Below are positions 27,071 through 28,021 of a stretch of DNA of 28,021 nucleotides, piece by piece. The first letter of the stretch is position 1; each line of letters begins with the position of its first letter. A program made the translations under genes and the position numbers. The DNA comes from Verrucomicrobiota bacterium. Its GTDB lineage: Bacteria > Verrucomicrobiota > Verrucomicrobiia > Opitutales > Seribacteraceae. The stretch covers positions 1-28,021 of the forward strand of contig JAQBYT010000048.1 of the NCBI GenBank assembly GCA_027622665.1, in the 5' to 3' direction. The notes under the pieces are model-generated. The model was not told the DNA's origin. It saw nothing but the letters and a program-made list of their open reading frames with translations, and did no database searches.

Positions 27071-27745
27071 ATGTCGAAGAAGAAAGGCAAACGGTTTAAT
27101 TTGCGTCGTCGGTGGTGGATTTTCGGTGGGATCTGCTTGTTTGTTTTGTCAGCTATTCTGTTTCGAGCAACCCTGCTTACGGGTTACGCCAATTGGTTCA
27201 TCAAGGATACGGCGACCAAGTCGGCCGACGCCATCATTATCCTGTCCGGGGGGAAACTTACTCGAGTACCGAAGGCTTTGGAAATGTGGAAAGATGGTTA
27301 TTCCGCTTCTCTTTTTCTTACGGATCAGAAGTCGGTTGCACCGGAATATCAGCATCTCGTAATTTCGAACTTGGAATTTGCCACTAAGTTTGTCGAAGGC
27401 ACGGAGACGAATGCCACCTTTGGCGTGATCCCCTCGATAGGAGACGGCGCCACTTCCACCTTTGATGAAGCTGCGGATGCATTAGTCTTTGCAAAAGAGC
27501 GGCAATGGGAACGCATCATTATAGTTACCGATGGTTTTCATACCCGCAGGGCTTTGCTCGCATTCGAAAAGATTTTCGACCGGAGTGGCATCGAGGTACA
27601 AGTCGCAGCAGCATCCAACGAGGTATTTGACTCCGGTAACTGGTGGACTTCGGACAGGGGGATTTCCGCCTTCGTACTCGAGACTATAAAATTCCCCGTC
27701 TATCTGTTCTGGTCGACAGAACCCACTATCGTTCGAAACGACTGA
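27071..27745 (+). CDS. YdcF family (DUF218) protein
   Basis: N-terminal TM helix, 'DAIIILSGG...R', 'ATSTFDEA', 'IIVTDGFHTRRA', 'WW...E..K'. Confidence 0.88.
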   Translation: MSKKKGKRFNLRRRWWIFGGICLFVLSAILFRATLLTGYANWFIKDTATKSADAIIILSGGKLTRVPKALEMWKDGYSASLFLTDQKSVAPEYQHLVISNLEFATKFVEGTETNATFGVIPSIGDGATSTFDEAADALVFAKERQWERIIIVTDGFHTRRALLAFEKIFDRSGIEVQVAAASNEVFDSGNWWTSDRGISAFVLETIKFPVYLFWSTEPTIVRND

Positions 27746-28021
27746 AATTCAGTTTTCCGGAGGACTTGTCTTGGATTCATTATCTGGACTTCTGCTTCCT
27801 TGCCCGAGATGTTTTGCATGGGAAATTGAAGGGGCGTTTCAAGTGGAGTGAACCATTGTTCGATACACTTGACCAATGCGGCGCAGTCCGTAGGTTTGGT
27901 GTTATGAGGATACTCCATTCCATTCCACTTTTGCGTTAAAAGACCGGAAGAGCGACATGGCCGAACGGCGGGCCGGCAGGACGCGGAAAGACTTCAGGCG
28001 GAAGTTTGGTCGGAGCTTGGG

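Noticed and set aside
1..28021. Genome-wide stop-codon reassignment (code 4/25, or TAA/TAG recoding) to explain the in-frame stops
   Set aside because: All three stop types occur internally and all three also end intact genes. TGA is used in ATGA/GTGA overlaps at 3049, 11702, 20093 and 21775.
27700..28021. Possible minus-strand gene end, or ORF 27700..27918
   Set aside because: All three minus frames contain stops, the ORF overlaps the YdcF gene, and no family can be supported without flanking sequence.
1..28021. CRISPR array, tRNA (including selC), rRNA, transposase/IS
   Set aside because: No periodic repeats, cloverleaf, or DDE/recombinase motifs found by eye. tRNAscan-SE or Infernal would be needed to exclude RNAs formally.

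Overview
Bacterial accessory region, most likely from the PVC superphylum (inferred from a DUF1592/PSCyt cytochrome gene and the density of sulfatases), standard code 11. It is devoted to sulfated/acylated glycan use. It holds eight formylglycine-type (S1) sulfatase loci, several esterases (alpha/beta hydrolase, PA14-SGNH, SGNH-like, an acetylxylan-esterase-like pseudogene), a PQQ/BamB-like propeller, a metzincin-motif protein and a DUF4838 protein. It also holds a GSDH-cytochrome c fusion, HAD phosphatase, PfkB kinase, TIM-barrel epimerase, Zn-dependent dehydrogenase, RidA and YdcF. Only two of the eight sulfatases are cleanly intact. The most striking signal is an in-frame TGA exactly at the catalytic Cys of the CxPxR motif of sulfatase 10305..11705 (V-*-G-P-S-R), a candidate selenocysteine or recoded sulfatase. 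A plain nonsense mutation is a real alternative because the cluster is visibly decaying. The decay includes in-frame TAA/TAG stops, a 13-codon deletion of the DHG metal-ligand motif, and two head-to-head junctions of 5'-truncated genes. No rRNA, tRNA, CRISPR or transposase was recognised. All family assignments come from motif recognition by eye, not database searches.
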